DNA of 37,471 bases, from assembly GCF_001194135.2 (NCBI RefSeq), contig NC_068991.1, positions 76,394,792 to 76,432,262 on the forward strand, given 5' to 3'. Positions 35,886-37,471 of the stretch are shown here, one piece after another; position 1 is the stretch's first letter, and the number at the start of each line of letters is the position of its first letter. Made by a program: the position numbers and the translations under genes. Origin of the DNA: Octopus bimaculoides (taxonomy: Eukaryota). A model generated the notes under the pieces. The model had not been told where the DNA came from, searched no databases, and was given only the letters and a program-made list of their open reading frames with translations.

Positions 35886-36560
35886 AGCTGCTGAGACAAA
35901 AAGAAACAGCGGTAGAGTTAAAAGTAGACAAATACGTCTTCAGTTTAATATCTTCTGTAACGATCTGAAGAAAGTTTAAAATATTTATTTTCCGATAAAA
36001 TAGGAAATAAACGTTGTGTGAAATGACAATAAAGTCTCTGTGATGAGAAAGAAATGTCGTATATAAATTTCTAAGGAAGAAATTTTCTGCTGCTTGCATT
36101 CCACCACCATTCATTCTATATGCAGTGAACCAATCGCATTTAGATGACATGGAATTTTAGAATTGTCTACGGGAAGATCTCTTCATAAACGTATGTTATC
36201 AACATTATATAAAAGAAAGCGAGAGAAACATCGTCACATCAGACTTACTAGGAAGACAGACGCGTTTCACCTTTGCTGAGATATCTTAAAGTATGTTGTT
36301 TTTCACAGGTTCCCAAATAAGAATCAAAGCACGAATTTTTTTTAATAAGGTCATGATTGAATATTGAAAATCTTCCACAAAGGCGAACCGCATTTGTGGC
36401 TCTCGTGAGTCATTGTTACGACGATGGACTTCTCCTCTTTAATCGATATATTTTGCTTTAATACAGTAATTCTAAGAAGTGACTTAATCGCAGCCAGGTC
36501 CACAGTTTTGTGGTTTCAAAGAAGGTAATGATATACGGATAAACATATACATATACATTA

Positions 36561-36940
36561 CTAGAATGTAATTTATATTTATTGCATCGCTACGCACGTT
36601 TCTTCAAGTCACATGATTTTAACATCAACGTCCATATCCTTGGGCGTAGTACAGTTTAGTCAGTATTATCCGTAGGCATCCGGTTCATCATCACCATTGA
36701 TGATGATCTACATACCTAGATTGGCCTTCATATTGGCAAGAGATAAACAACCCTTTGTGATTCATCCACTCATGCAGCATCACCAGATCAAATTAATCAA
36801 TGATGATGAGAACCCGGATGCCGACGCATAATACGGACTATACTGTACTAATCTCAAGGGTACGAATTCTGATGTTAAAATCATGTGATTTGTGGAAACG
36901 TGCGTAGCGATGTATTAAATAATTATAAATGCAATCCTAG
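36561..36940. mobile_element. Unclassified foldback element with about 150-bp imperfect arms
   Basis: 36561-36708 is an inverted copy of 36786-36940 (catcgctacgcacgtttc, atcacatgattttaacatc-like, gtattat..cgt.ggcatccgg); both ends at CTAG. Confidence 0.8.
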
Positions 36941-37099
36941 AATTATTGTTATTATTATATTTATCGTACATTATATCGGTATAACCATGTTTCAACCCCG
37001 CAAAAAGCTGACTGACTTGTCAGTATCATTAGACGTAAGCCGGCATAATGAAATAGGAGCTTTATTTGTATATCCCTTACGTTACCATAAGCGAATCTA

Positions 37100-37262
37100 T
37101 TTTCTATCCCTGTTTATTTCTGTGTTCCTTTCTGTCGAAGACCGTAGGCTCGAACCGTAAAAGACTTTCTCACTTCCCGAGCGTTAAACTAATACATCTG
37201 TTTGTTGTTTACACACCCGTCTTCGTCTTTTGTTTTTTGCAAATTCTCACTATATATATATG
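37100..37262 (+). mobile_element. Penelope-like terminal-repeat fragment (family 2), third copy
   Basis: Matches 21975-22125; motif CTTT-CTGTCGA-A-GACC-GTAG-GCTC-GAACCGTA-AAAG (37128-37163); ends in (TA)n. Confidence 0.75.
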
Positions 37263-37471
37263 AAAACCAGTGGATAGATTCCACTGAAATTAGATAAATA
37301 ACCTTCGAGCAGATGGTCAGCAGCGCCGCCTGGCTAAGGCTTGGCTACTCTGCATTGACAAGGGGCAACACCCTGAAACTAGTCTAGTCTGCAGATGCCA
37401 AACCAGCAGGGGGACACTGCTGACCTCCCCTGTTCGAGGGTTGTAAAGGACACAGGTTTCGTGTGTCACAT

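Noticed and set aside
36860-36906. Hammerhead-like CTGATGT...GAAACGTG in the foldback arm
   Set aside because: A9 is missing, the triplet is GUG, stem II spacing is wrong, and the other arm reads TTGATGT.
265-37263. Most ORFs in the supplied track (CVCV, HTHT, YIYI, poly-I/D/H/S/E/L, X-filled)
   Set aside because: They are translations of microsatellites or N-gaps, open in several frames at once.

Overview
AT-rich, repeat-dominated animal genomic DNA from a draft assembly with 12 N-gaps. The SINE families and extreme microsatellite load point to an octopod cephalopod (inference). No host gene can be named: almost all ORFs in the supplied track are microsatellite or gap artefacts. The recognisable coding relics are two mariner transposase remnants (20790-21380 and 27031-27909) and a 5'-truncated, internally deleted R4/Dong-type non-LTR retrotransposon ending in (TAA)n (32190-33582). 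There are many tRNA-derived SINE copies and several MITE/foldback elements. The most interesting signal is a set of hammerhead-ribozyme-like motifs of the minimal Penelope type, in three repeat families. One family forms a near-perfect palindrome with a hammerhead in each arm and a tRNA-like Pol III head in the loop. Another carries a CUGU(C/U)GA core variant in all three copies. Two phase-consistent chains of candidate short exons (493-1221 and 8078-9662, + strand) are offered at low confidence only.
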